From positions 1,408,001 through 1,472,000 of the forward strand of contig CAXXLZ010000002.1 in the NCBI GenBank assembly GCA_963675595.2: a stretch of DNA of 64,000 bases. Reading direction: 5' to 3'. The notes below the pieces were generated by a model. It made no database searches and had not been told where the DNA came from. It saw nothing but the letters and a program-made list of their open reading frames with translations. Below, piece after piece: positions 39,940 to 49,504 of the stretch. Source of the DNA: Thermodesulfobacteriota bacterium (GTDB taxonomy: Bacteria; Desulfobacterota; Desulfarculia; JACQYL01). Positions within the stretch are counted from its first letter, which is position 1. The number at the start of each line of letters is the position of its first letter. Made by a program: the position numbers and the translations under genes.

Positions 39940-42006
39940 ATGACAAAACGAATTTGTTGTCTCGCCCTGACCCTTGGATTATTGGCCGTATCGATAGGTT
40001 CGCATGCTTTTGAAACCATCCGGGGGACCACGGAGCTCAGGTACTGGGATTCGGCCAACACGTACAACGGGTGCACCTTGTTCGCGGGAGAGGAAACCAC
40101 CTACCTCATCGACATGCAGGGGAATCTTGTAAACCTATGGCCCATCGGCACGAACCCTCGTTTTCTGGAAAACGGGCATCTTCTTGACCGGGCGAGGGAT
40201 GAACAAGGCAGGCTGCGAGGAATGCAGGAACTGGATTGGGAAGGAACACCCGTCTGGTCGTTCTATGAAACGCGCGAGGACTACGTTCCTCATCACGACT
40301 TCGTCCGTATCTACAACAAGAAGCTGGGTGCCTACACCACCCTGTACATCGCCAACAAGCGTATTTCCAACGAAGAGGCCTTGGCGGCGGGGGCGAATCC
40401 TGAAGACGGACCCTATGACGGCTCCTCCATGGACGCCGTCGTGGAGATCGACATGGCGGGCAATGTGGTCTGGGAATGGTGGTTTTTCGACCACATGGTG
40501 CAGGATATCGACCCAACCAAGCCCAATTACGTGGGAGAAGGCCGTTCCATTTCCGATTATCCGAACCGCCTCAACCTGAACCTGCCGGGAAGACCGCTGC
40601 GCTGGGACTGGCTGCACTGCAATTCCCTCGATTACAATCCCCAACTGGACCAAATCGTCATCAACTCCGTATTCGGCGAGTTCTACGTCATCGACCACGG
40701 CGCGACGTTCATCCCCGACGATCCTGCGGGAAGCATCGCGGCCGCCGCAGGTCCGGGCGGTGACTTTCTCTATCGATTCGGAGATCCGGCAAAGTACGAG
40801 CAGGGGGATCCGCCCCACATCTTGGAGGACTGGTCCCAATCTTCCGCCGGCAACAAACAAATCGGCGGCTCCCACGATATCCAGTGGATTCGTCCCGGAT
40901 TACAGGGAGAGGGACACTTTCTCGTCTTTAATAATGGGCAACTGCTTTTCGAACGGCTCGCGCAATCTTCCATCCTCGAAATCAATCCCTACTTGAACGC
41001 TTCGGGCATTGACACCGGAACCTATGTGAACCCTCCCCAGTCCGGCTACCATGAGTGGCCGCCGGAGGAAGAACGTACCACCCAAACCCAGGTGAAGCTG
41101 CTGTCCAATCAAGTTGTCTGGATTTACGCCTCCCGCAGCAACCAGAGTTTCGCAAGCCATATCGGATCCGGTTGCCAACGTCTTCCCAACGGGAACACGC
41201 TCATCTGCGCCATGACCGAGGGACACATCTTTGAGATTACGAGCGAAGGCAAACCGGTATGGGAATACGTGAGCCCCGTGACGACCGACGGAATCCTCAA
41301 AATAATCACGGATAATCCACCCAACTACAATGCGATGTTCAGGGCCTATCGTTATGGACCGGATCACCCGGCCTTGGCGGGTCGCGACTTGACCGGCGCG
41401 GCACCTATCACGGACTTATTGAGCGGGCATTCCACCGACGGCGCTTGGTCATGTGCCGACGGAGACACGATGTACTTCCAGTCCTATGCGCCCGAAGGCG
41501 CCGTCTGTCTTATCACCGCCGCCGATGGAGGACTCGCCGCGTTTTCGGGATCGGTGCAGCCGGGCCCTGTGTTTCAAGGAATCGAAGCGGCAGGGGACGG
41601 AGAAGCCTCCATACGAATTTCATTCACCTCTTCCGGGGAAGCGGTCTACACCTTCCTCGACGGCTCCGGTGAGCCCGGCCAATCATTCCAGGCCTCCAAA
41701 AAGGCCCAATCCAGGTCCGCGGCCGCCATGGACGGGATATGGAAGAGCGACACCCAACCCTTAGGTAATTTTCTATTTCAGAGCTACATGGACGGCAGTG
41801 CCGTGCTGATTCACAGCTTGGACGGAACGACTCAAACGGTTTTTTTTGACTCAGCCGCTTATTCCGGGGGCTTCCAAGGGCATGCCGTAACAGGGGAATC
41901 TTCTTCCCGGGCGGAATTCCAAACAAACGAGGAGACGGGAGTCATCGTTATCAAGAACGATGACGGCGAGGAGACTTCCTACGAAGTGGAACGGTTCTTC
42001 CGATAA
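39940..42006 (+). CDS. Secreted arylsulfotransferase (ASST-type beta-propeller) with two C-terminal ~90-aa repeats
   Basis: Signal peptide; HHDF, DWLHCNSLDY, HDIQW, FNNG, QRLPNGNTLI, FRAYRY motifs. Confidence 0.85.
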   Translation: MTKRICCLALTLGLLAVSIGSHAFETIRGTTELRYWDSANTYNGCTLFAGEETTYLIDMQGNLVNLWPIGTNPRFLENGHLLDRARDEQGRLRGMQELDWEGTPVWSFYETREDYVPHHDFVRIYNKKLGAYTTLYIANKRISNEEALAAGANPEDGPYDGSSMDAVVEIDMAGNVVWEWWFFDHMVQDIDPTKPNYVGEGRSISDYPNRLNLNLPGRPLRWDWLHCNSLDYNPQLDQIVINSVFGEFYVIDHGATFIPDDPAGSIAAAAGPGGDFLYRFGDPAKYEQGDPPHILEDWSQSSAGNKQIGGSHDIQWIRPGLQGEGHFLVFNNGQLLFERLAQSSILEINPYLNASGIDTGTYVNPPQSGYHEWPPEEERTTQTQVKLLSNQVVWIYASRSNQSFASHIGSGCQRLPNGNTLICAMTEGHIFEITSEGKPVWEYVSPVTTDGILKIITDNPPNYNAMFRAYRYGPDHPALAGRDLTGAAPITDLLSGHSTDGAWSCADGDTMYFQSYAPEGAVCLITAADGGLAAFSGSVQPGPVFQGIEAAGDGEASIRISFTSSGEAVYTFLDGSGEPGQSFQASKKAQSRSAAAMDGIWKSDTQPLGNFLFQSYMDGSAVLIHSLDGTTQTVFFDSAAYSGGFQGHAVTGESSSRAEFQTNEETGVIVIKNDDGEETSYEVERFFR

Positions 42007-42059
42007 AGGCCGATTAGTGAACGAAACCGACCCGACGGCAAGTTCCGGGAGCACCGCCT

Positions 42060-42845
42060 TTATGCCCTGTAATCGAAATAAAGCGTCTCCAGACCGCGTT
42101 CTTCGTCGACCGCATAGGTATCCACCACGGTCCCGAACCGTTCTTGGTAGGCCCGAATGATTTCTCCCGAAGTGGAACTAAACCCTTCGAGTCGTTTCCT
42201 ATGCGATGCGGAAGTGTTGTTGAACTGCACCACGCGTCGATGTTCGGAACAGAGAACGGCGGCGTCTCGCATTTCGCCGTGCCGATGAAACACATATACT
42301 TTTTCCTCGGCTCGGGCCTTTCCTTGGAAGGAAAAGGAGAGGATCCCCTTTTTGGACAAAGCTGAACCGTTTTCGTTGATGAGCGCGGCGTACTTTCCAC
42401 GCAATGCGGAAATGTCCTCCACGAAAAAGTACGCCTTATCCACACTGTTTTCCACGTCCCATCCCAGGCCGTAGAACCGCAGATTGGGGTCGAAAAAGAG
42501 TTCCTGCTCCAAAGGCACCTCTTTTTCCGACAAGACCCTCTCCGCAACCGCGGCCGGCTCCGAAGCACCGCACAGGGTGCCGTAGGCCAGACGGCTGGAA
42601 TTGGCTATCCCTCTGAGAGTGTCCACCTTATGGCTGTAAGAAAAAAGGCTGAACTGGTCTGACAGCAGCCGGGTGTCCGCCGAATGCCGAATGCAGCAGT
42701 CAATGTATTCCAGTTCGGTCGAGGTGAGGGCGCTCCCAAAATCGAAAAATCGTTCACAGTGCCAATCGAACAACCGCCTTTGATAGTCCAACCACTCGTT
42801 CTTGTTGAAAACAAAGTCTCTGCCCATGAAGTGAACGACTTTCAT
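42060..42845 (-). CDS. Hypothetical protein, possibly ABBA (PT-barrel) prenyltransferase-like
   Basis: 261 aa, GGGAG RBS, 22 nt downstream of the ABC gene; repeated beta-hairpins ending in K-x-Y or L-Y-F. CDS is likely; function is speculative. Confidence 0.7.
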   Translation of the reverse strand: MKVVHFMGRDFVFNKNEWLDYQRRLFDWHCERFFDFGSALTSTELEYIDCCIRHSADTRLLSDQFSLFSYSHKVDTLRGIANSSRLAYGTLCGASEPAAVAERVLSEKEVPLEQELFFDPNLRFYGLGWDVENSVDKAYFFVEDISALRGKYAALINENGSALSKKGILSFSFQGKARAEEKVYVFHRHGEMRDAAVLCSEHRRVVQFNNTSASHRKRLEGFSSTSGEIIRAYQERFGTVVDTYAVDEERGLETLYFDYRA

Positions 42846-42867
42846 TAATTCTCCCGCTCGGGAAAGA

Positions 42868-44526
42868 TCACAATTCGATGATCCGGTCGAAGCGCTTGGC
42901 CACCGCGTAGGAATGAGTGATGCAGAGGATGGTCACAGGCTTGAACAGCTCCAGTATTTCCTCGACGATAAACCGTTCCGTCTCCGGGTCCAGCGACGAG
43001 GTAAATTCATCCAATACCAGAACCTGCGGCTCGCGGATAAGGGCTCGGGCCAGGGCCAGTCTCTGGGCCTGGCCGCCCGATAGGTTGAAACCGTCCTCTC
43101 CCACCACCGTGTCCAAACCCTCGGGAAGAGTCTGAACCAAAGACTCCAGGCGCACCAGCCGCACGGCCTCCAGGACCTTGTCCATGGGCACGTCGCCCCA
43201 TCCGAAAGAGATGTTGTCTTTCAAGGGCATTTTGAAGATGTAGGATTGCTGACGAACATAGGAGATGGAGTATAGATACAACGGCAGAGGAATGGCGCTG
43301 ATGTCCCTGCCTCCCATCAAGATGACGCCTTCCGTGGGTGTCAGGTATCTAAGAAGCAGGTTGACCAGGGTCGTTTTCCCCCTGCCGCTGGCACCCATGA
43401 TTGCCGCCTTCTCACCCGGATGGACTGAAAATGAGAGATTGGACAGGATGGGCGTACCCGGCTTGTATGCAAAACACACGTTCCTGAACTCGATCGAATT
43501 CTCGTCGGGAAGATCAAGGACGTCACGGACCTCGGCCACAGATTCCTCGGGATAGTCGTGTATCTCCGTGAGGCGCGCCAAGGAAGGCTCGATGCGCAGG
43601 AATTCATTATATCCCACGGAAAGCTCCTGCAGCATGTCCGCAAAGAGCATGAGGTAAATATTGTAGGCCACGATCATACCGATGGTGATGCCGCCCACGT
43701 CCAGGGCGTAGAGAAATCCACCGATGATGAAGGGCAGGAAAAGAATCAGGCTGCCGAGATTCTCGGACAAATACTCCGTGAGATAGAACACATTCAGGAA
43801 TCGAAGGTTAGCCTCCTTGTAACCCCCAACCCGCTCGCCCAGAAGCCCGAAGATCTTCTTGAACTGCTGATAAAAGCGAATCTCGCCGTATCCCTGAAAT
43901 ACGTCCAGGAGCAGGTTGTTCTGGCTGGTAAGGGTCTCCTTGGCGCGCCGCCCTCGCGCCAGGGTCAGCGGTTCCAGCAAAGCCAGTAGAAGCAGCAAAA
44001 CGGGTATGCCCACCAGAGCCAGCAAAGCCAACAACCAATTCCAGGCAAACATGAAGGCCATGATTACGGCGGCCAGGGCCGCATTGGTCAGGCATTTGGC
44101 GAAGTACTTATGGAAAAACGTAGCAATGAGGTCCAGATCCAGACTCATCCGAGTGATCAGGTCGCTCGCGTCGAAGGCGGTGAAGACATGAACCGCTTTG
44201 CGGCGCATGAGATCGTCCAGCAACCTCATCTTGTACTCGGCGAAAACCGTCTCGTTGGCCTTCAGGTAGACACGCAGCGCCAGGATTAGAACCAAGTACG
44301 CCGCCAGGATCAGGCCTACGATGAGGGCCGTGTATTGGAAAAGCAAAGAGATGGATTTCCGAGGAATGATGTCGTCCACGAAGGCCGACAATACTTGGGG
44401 GATGAGTCCCGATAGAACCGCCGCGGGTGCGACCAGAACGAAGAAAAGGACAAAGGCCCGCCGCCGGCGGGCGATTTCAGGGCCGAACAATTGTCTGATT
44501 TGGCCGATCGTCTGGGAGAGGCGCAT
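42868..44526 (-). CDS. ABC exporter, fused permease/ATPase (MsbA/peptide-exporter type)
   Basis: 6-TM domain, GASGRGKT, LSGGQ, VLVLDE; no C39 peptidase domain. Confidence 0.93.
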   Translation of the reverse strand: MRLSQTIGQIRQLFGPEIARRRRAFVLFFVLVAPAAVLSGLIPQVLSAFVDDIIPRKSISLLFQYTALIVGLILAAYLVLILALRVYLKANETVFAEYKMRLLDDLMRRKAVHVFTAFDASDLITRMSLDLDLIATFFHKYFAKCLTNAALAAVIMAFMFAWNWLLALLALVGIPVLLLLLALLEPLTLARGRRAKETLTSQNNLLLDVFQGYGEIRFYQQFKKIFGLLGERVGGYKEANLRFLNVFYLTEYLSENLGSLILFLPFIIGGFLYALDVGGITIGMIVAYNIYLMLFADMLQELSVGYNEFLRIEPSLARLTEIHDYPEESVAEVRDVLDLPDENSIEFRNVCFAYKPGTPILSNLSFSVHPGEKAAIMGASGRGKTTLVNLLLRYLTPTEGVILMGGRDISAIPLPLYLYSISYVRQQSYIFKMPLKDNISFGWGDVPMDKVLEAVRLVRLESLVQTLPEGLDTVVGEDGFNLSGGQAQRLALARALIREPQVLVLDEFTSSLDPETERFIVEEILELFKPVTILCITHSYAVAKRFDRIIEL

Positions 44527-44708
44527 GAGAGTGCCCGATCAGTAACATGAACCGGCGTTGTCGATGTGCGATCGCTTCAGCGGAATAGGAGCCGTGTTTT
44601 CAAACCCGAACATGCCTCTAAGAGCCGTTTCTTGTCAAGTGAGGAAGTTCCGACCATCTTCAATTCGTCGAATCGTCACACACCGCCATCCGTCCGAGTG
44701 CCGGAGAA

Positions 44709-47700
44709 TCAAGCCTCCGCCCGGTTCCGAATCGATTCACTTGTTCGGGATAAAACGGACCTCACCGTCGCCCCCAAGTCCCGCATGGTGAAGGGCTTCT
44801 GAAGAAAATGAACTCCCTCGTCCAGCACCCCGTGCCGAGCGATGGCATCGGCCGTATAGCCTGAAATGAACACGCTTCTGAGATCCGAGTATCGCGCTGA
44901 AATCCGGTCGGTCAACTCCCTGCCGTTCATTTCGGGCATGACCACGTCCGTCATGAGCAGATGGATGTCTCCATCGTGTGCCTCCGCCATGCGGATGGCC
45001 TCACTCGGAGTGCCGGCGGACAACACCCGATACCCCAACCTTTCAAGCATGGCCCTCACCATCTTCAGCATGGCCGCCTCATCCTCCACCAGAAGTATGG
45101 TCTCCCTGCCCGTGGCCGGCGCTGCGGTCTCTGTTTTGTTCCGAGTCTCCTCCGAGGCGGCGGTTTCGTGCCTGGGGAAATAGATTCGGAACATCGCTCC
45201 GTTGCCCGGCTCGCTGTGAACATTGATCATACCGTTATTCTGTTTGACGATGCCGTAGACCGTGGCCAGACCGAGCCCCGTGCCTTTGCCCACTCCCTTG
45301 GTGGTGAAGAAAGGCTCGAAGAGATTGCGTCGTGTTTCCTCGTCCATGCCGCATCCGCTGTCACGCACGGACAACAGCACGTATCCGCCGGAAATGTGGG
45401 CCTCATGGTTCGAATAGTAATCGTCGTCCACGACCACGTTCCTGGTCTCGATGACGACCTTCCCCACACCCGCAATGGCGTCTCGCGCGTTGACGCACAG
45501 ATTGGCCAGAACCTGATCGATCTGACCGGGATCCACCTTTACAGGCCACAAGTTCTTGCCCGGAAGCCAAGCCAGGTCGATGTCTTCACCGATGAGCCGT
45601 CGCAACATCTTGAGCATACCTTCCACGGTCTCGTTGAGATCGAGCACCTCCGGACTGATGGTCTGCTTACGTGCAAAGGCGAGAAGCTGGCGTGTCAAAT
45701 CGGCGGAACGCCGGGCGGCTTTCAGGATTTCCTGAAGGTCGGCGAAGAGCGGCTCTGCGCGATCCGTTTGTGCGATGGCCAATTCCGTGTGACCCAGAAT
45801 CACGCCCAACATGTTGTTGAAGTCGTGAGCCACTCCTCCGGCCAAACGGCCCACGGATTCCATCTTCTGAGCCTGGGTCAACTGAGCCTGCAACTGCTCT
45901 CGTTCTTCTTCGGCCCTCTTGCGTTCGGTAATATCCGTCGCCACCGCGAGAAGCCGATCGCAAGAACCATCTTCCTCGACCAAGGGCAGTTTTGCGATGG
46001 ACAGGCAATGGACGGAGCCGTCGGCAAAGGTGAGCTTCTGTTCCGGAACCCGAAGTATCCGTCTCTCCTGAACGACTTGAAGATCATCCTTTCTGCACTC
46101 TTCGATTTCTTCCGAAGAAGGACTGAATTCGGAATCCGCGTGCCCCTCAAGCCCCGTTTTGGTTGTTCCATAGGCCGCACAAAGCGCGCTGTTGGCCAAT
46201 GAATAGACCCCTTGAACGTCTTTTACGCCGATAAGCGCCGGCACCGCGTCGATGACCCGACGCAGGAAATCCCTGTGGTTCTGCAGCGCCCGTTCCACCC
46301 GTTTACTTTCCGTGATGTCGGTGCCGATTCCACACAAAGCCACGGGACGCCCATTCTCGTCGTTGATGGTGTGCGTTCGGCAATCCAATAAGATGGGGGT
46401 TCCATCAAAGCGGTAGTCGACCACCTCACCCCGCCATTCACCGTGCTTCAAGGTTTCGCGGATGATCATGTCCTGGATCCTGCCGACAGCGGGATTCTCA
46501 CTGGGAATGACGATACGCCGGCCGATGAGTTGATCCCGGGTCAGGCCTATCATTCGACACTCGGCATCGTTCACGTAGGTAACACGCCCGTCCAGGTCGG
46601 TCACGGTAACTATATCCCGAATCTGGTTGAGTACGCGTGACTGGAATCTCAGTTGTTCCTCGTTTTGTTTGCGTTCGGTGATGTCGATGGCCGTTGCGGA
46701 GATATAGGCGGGATTGCCGGAAGCGTCTCGGATCAACATGGCGTTCATGAGCGAAGGGAAAACAGACCCGTCCCGCCGTTTATGCCACACCTCCTCGGCA
46801 TGGAAACCGCCCTCCCCCAAGATACGATCGAGAAGCGCGCTGACCCCGGGCATCTGCTCATCGCAGTGAAAAACGGAGAGATGCCGGCCGAGCAGTTCCT
46901 GAGGGTCCCAGCCGTGTAGGCGTCCAAAGGCCTCGTTCACATACAGTATGACACCTTCCGTGGATGCGATGGCGGTACCGTAGTTGGCTTTGTCCGCGAT
47001 TGTTCTAAATTTCCGCAGCTCTTCGAGAACCGTGGTTCTCTCCGAGAGAGCCCGCGATAGTCGAATCGAGCTGTAACTGAGGGAAGCGATCAAGGCGGCC
47101 AGGCCCGCATAAAACGAAATAGCCGCATCCACCTTTTCCCGGCTCCAGCGGGGCACGCGCTCGAAGGCTGCGATATACTCTTCCTCATCGAACCCATACT
47201 CACGCGCCTGGCTCCGGAAGGTTTCCACGTCCGGAGTCTCGTCTTCGTAAAAATATTGTCCCAAAAAGATGTTGCCCACATGCCGGCCTCCCACTTCGAT
47301 GGGAGTGACGATGTCCCAAAGGTTGTTCTTGCAGCGATAGGCCTTGAAGGTTCCGGCCGGCACGCCTCCGGACAACATCGTGTCGCTTTCCAGGCAATTC
47401 CGACAACTGTCCGGGTGAATTCTATGAAACTTCGTACAGATGTCCTGCCATCCTACCGCCACCAGCACTTCGCCGGAAACGTCAAGCAAAGCGCTGCTGA
47501 TATCGGTCAGCCGATGGAAGTCCTCCATGATGGTCTGCAGCGACCGGGAGTCGATGATATCGGCAAGGCTCAAGGAGCCGAGGTCCCCTTCCGGTTCAAG
47601 GATGGCCTGCAGTTTCTTCCGGACTTCACTTTCCCGATCCCGAAGCGCCTCCTCCGCCTTCCTGCGTTCCGTAATATCACTGAGAAAATTGAGGGTAGCC

Positions 47701-49283
47701 GCTTTTCCCTGCCATTGAATGGAAACGACATTGAGTTCCACCCATCGCACGTCGCCCGGACGACGTATGATCCTGAAGGCGTACCGGGATGGAAGCGCCA
47801 CTCCCTCCAATCGTTGCCGGTGTCGGTCCAGCACAAAGGCCACATCGTCCGGGTGCATGAATTCAACGAAAGGTCTGGAGAGGAGCTCTTCCCGTGAGTA
47901 TCCGGTGACCTCTTCCGCATTGGCATTGACAAATTTCAGCCTTCCGTCTTGAGCCACAAAGATCGCCTCTCCGGCGTGTTCCACCAGAATCCGGTATTTC
48001 TCCTCGCTCTCGCGCAGGGCTTTCTCGGCGCCGCGCATACGGCCGATCATGGTGCCGAGCAAAATCGACAACCCGGCCAACACCATGATCACAACCAGGG
48101 TGGGCACCAGGACGTTGCCGTGCTTCCCCCAAATGGAGACGGGCCGATTGATCACTTTCGCCTCGGGAGGCCAAGCGCTTTCGGGAATATCAAAGCGGGA
48201 CAACACCCGGTAGTCCAAGACCGGATGGGATACGCTGGGCTCAACGGCAATACGGGAAGGCGCTTCGCCGGCCAGCACTCTAAGTGCCAATCCACCGGCC
48301 TGTTTACCGTGTTCTTGACCCTCCAACAACATGCCCCCGACGATGCCGTACCCCAACCTTGTTTCATGCATGGCGTAGACCGGCACCGGACTCAGAGAAG
48401 AAATCAGGCGAGTACTCTCTTCCCGAGTGTAGGTGCGGCCGGTCCGGTCCGTTACGTACGTCAGGATCATCACCACACCATCGCTCGGCATCGCTTTCAA
48501 CTCCCGAGTCAGGCCTTCCAAGGAGTCGTCCGAAGAGTATACCACCTCCACTTTTCCGTCGAATTGAGGCAGGACTTTCTCCATTTCCCTGCGAACCGCC
48601 AGTCCGCTCGCCATATGGTCATGAATCGCCAAAACGGTTCTCACGCCGGGTTGCATCCTCATCGCCATTTGGAGGGTGCCCGCCATATCCTCCCTTTCGG
48701 CCACCCCCGTGATGTTGGCCCGGCCTGCGATCATTTCGGGCCGGAATCCGTTGACCCCGGCGAAGACCACCGGAACATCGGGAAAGAGCTCACTTCCGTG
48801 TTGGAGCATCAAGTCGAAGGCCGGGTTGTCGAGAACCATGACCAGGTCCGGAGAATGGTCACGATATTTTTCGGAAAGACGTCTTTCCATCCGATCCAAA
48901 TCATCAGGCGAATGAAAACGTTTGGCGTCCAGGTGTTCAATGTACGGAACCAAATTTGGATATCGCGCCCGGAGCACGCTCAGGACACCCGATATTTCGT
49001 GGTCCGACCAGGCCTCGCCCTGATGGTAGGAGTTCAGGATCAGGACCGAAGGGATGTCCGAACCGGCGCATAGCCCCCCCCCGACCGCGATGATCGCCGA
49101 GAATACGAAAACGAGCGTCGCCGCGAGGCATACGACCGCAAAAGACGTTCTCCGCGACACCTGCCGCCACACCGTCTCCGAAAAGACTTCCGAACCGGCA
49201 GGTCCGAGGAGACACGCCGCTCTTTCGAAGGCCGGTTTACGGCCCTTCCGCACGATGAACCGCAAGGAGTTCTTCCTCATCAT
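44709..49283 (-). CDS. Hybrid histidine kinase: periplasmic ligand-binding domain-PAS-PocR-PAS x3-HisKA-HATPase-REC
   Basis: ILNSYHQG sensor, PocR motif ([11 protein letters not shown]...C..SD), [26 protein letters not shown]. Start may be further downstream. Confidence 0.92.
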   Translation of the reverse strand: MMRKNSLRFIVRKGRKPAFERAACLLGPAGSEVFSETVWRQVSRRTSFAVVCLAATLVFVFSAIIAVGGGLCAGSDIPSVLILNSYHQGEAWSDHEISGVLSVLRARYPNLVPYIEHLDAKRFHSPDDLDRMERRLSEKYRDHSPDLVMVLDNPAFDLMLQHGSELFPDVPVVFAGVNGFRPEMIAGRANITGVAEREDMAGTLQMAMRMQPGVRTVLAIHDHMASGLAVRREMEKVLPQFDGKVEVVYSSDDSLEGLTRELKAMPSDGVVMILTYVTDRTGRTYTREESTRLISSLSPVPVYAMHETRLGYGIVGGMLLEGQEHGKQAGGLALRVLAGEAPSRIAVEPSVSHPVLDYRVLSRFDIPESAWPPEAKVINRPVSIWGKHGNVLVPTLVVIMVLAGLSILLGTMIGRMRGAEKALRESEEKYRILVEHAGEAIFVAQDGRLKFVNANAEEVTGYSREELLSRPFVEFMHPDDVAFVLDRHRQRLEGVALPSRYAFRIIRRPGDVRWVELNVVSIQWQGKAATLNFLSDITERRKAEEALRDRESEVRKKLQAILEPEGDLGSLSLADIIDSRSLQTIMEDFHRLTDISSALLDVSGEVLVAVGWQDICTKFHRIHPDSCRNCLESDTMLSGGVPAGTFKAYRCKNNLWDIVTPIEVGGRHVGNIFLGQYFYEDETPDVETFRSQAREYGFDEEEYIAAFERVPRWSREKVDAAISFYAGLAALIASLSYSSIRLSRALSERTTVLEELRKFRTIADKANYGTAIASTEGVILYVNEAFGRLHGWDPQELLGRHLSVFHCDEQMPGVSALLDRILGEGGFHAEEVWHKRRDGSVFPSLMNAMLIRDASGNPAYISATAIDITERKQNEEQLRFQSRVLNQIRDIVTVTDLDGRVTYVNDAECRMIGLTRDQLIGRRIVIPSENPAVGRIQDMIIRETLKHGEWRGEVVDYRFDGTPILLDCRTHTINDENGRPVALCGIGTDITESKRVERALQNHRDFLRRVIDAVPALIGVKDVQGVYSLANSALCAAYGTTKTGLEGHADSEFSPSSEEIEECRKDDLQVVQERRILRVPEQKLTFADGSVHCLSIAKLPLVEEDGSCDRLLAVATDITERKRAEEEREQLQAQLTQAQKMESVGRLAGGVAHDFNNMLGVILGHTELAIAQTDRAEPLFADLQEILKAARRSADLTRQLLAFARKQTISPEVLDLNETVEGMLKMLRRLIGEDIDLAWLPGKNLWPVKVDPGQIDQVLANLCVNARDAIAGVGKVVIETRNVVVDDDYYSNHEAHISGGYVLLSVRDSGCGMDEETRRNLFEPFFTTKGVGKGTGLGLATVYGIVKQNNGMINVHSEPGNGAMFRIYFPRHETAASEETRNKTETAAPATGRETILLVEDEAAMLKMVRAMLERLGYRVLSAGTPSEAIRMAEAHDGDIHLLMTDVVMPEMNGRELTDRISARYSDLRSVFISGYTADAIARHGVLDEGVHFLQKPFTMRDLGATVRSVLSRTSESIRNRAEA

Positions 49284-49504
49284 AGTCCTCCTTCCGGCGA
49301 ACTCACAGCCGTTCTAAGCGCTTCAACACGGTTCTCAAACGTCTTCGATCATTCATCCCCGAAAATGCACCCTAGGACGGCGATTCGCATGAGAGTTCAA
49401 AGCGGGAAATTACTCATGGTCCCCGTCCAAGCCTTATCTAATTCACTTCCGATCAATATTTGCTGCAAAGGAACGGCTTGGGACTCCTCCGCGCGAAGCC
49501 CTTT

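Noticed and set aside
44539-44613. 24-aa ORF MFGFENTAPIPLKRSHIDNAGSCY (minus) as a RiPP precursor for the ABC/prenyltransferase-like pair
   Set aside because: Its ATG lies in the predicted -10 box of the ABC promoter, the RBS is badly spaced and there is no leader motif.
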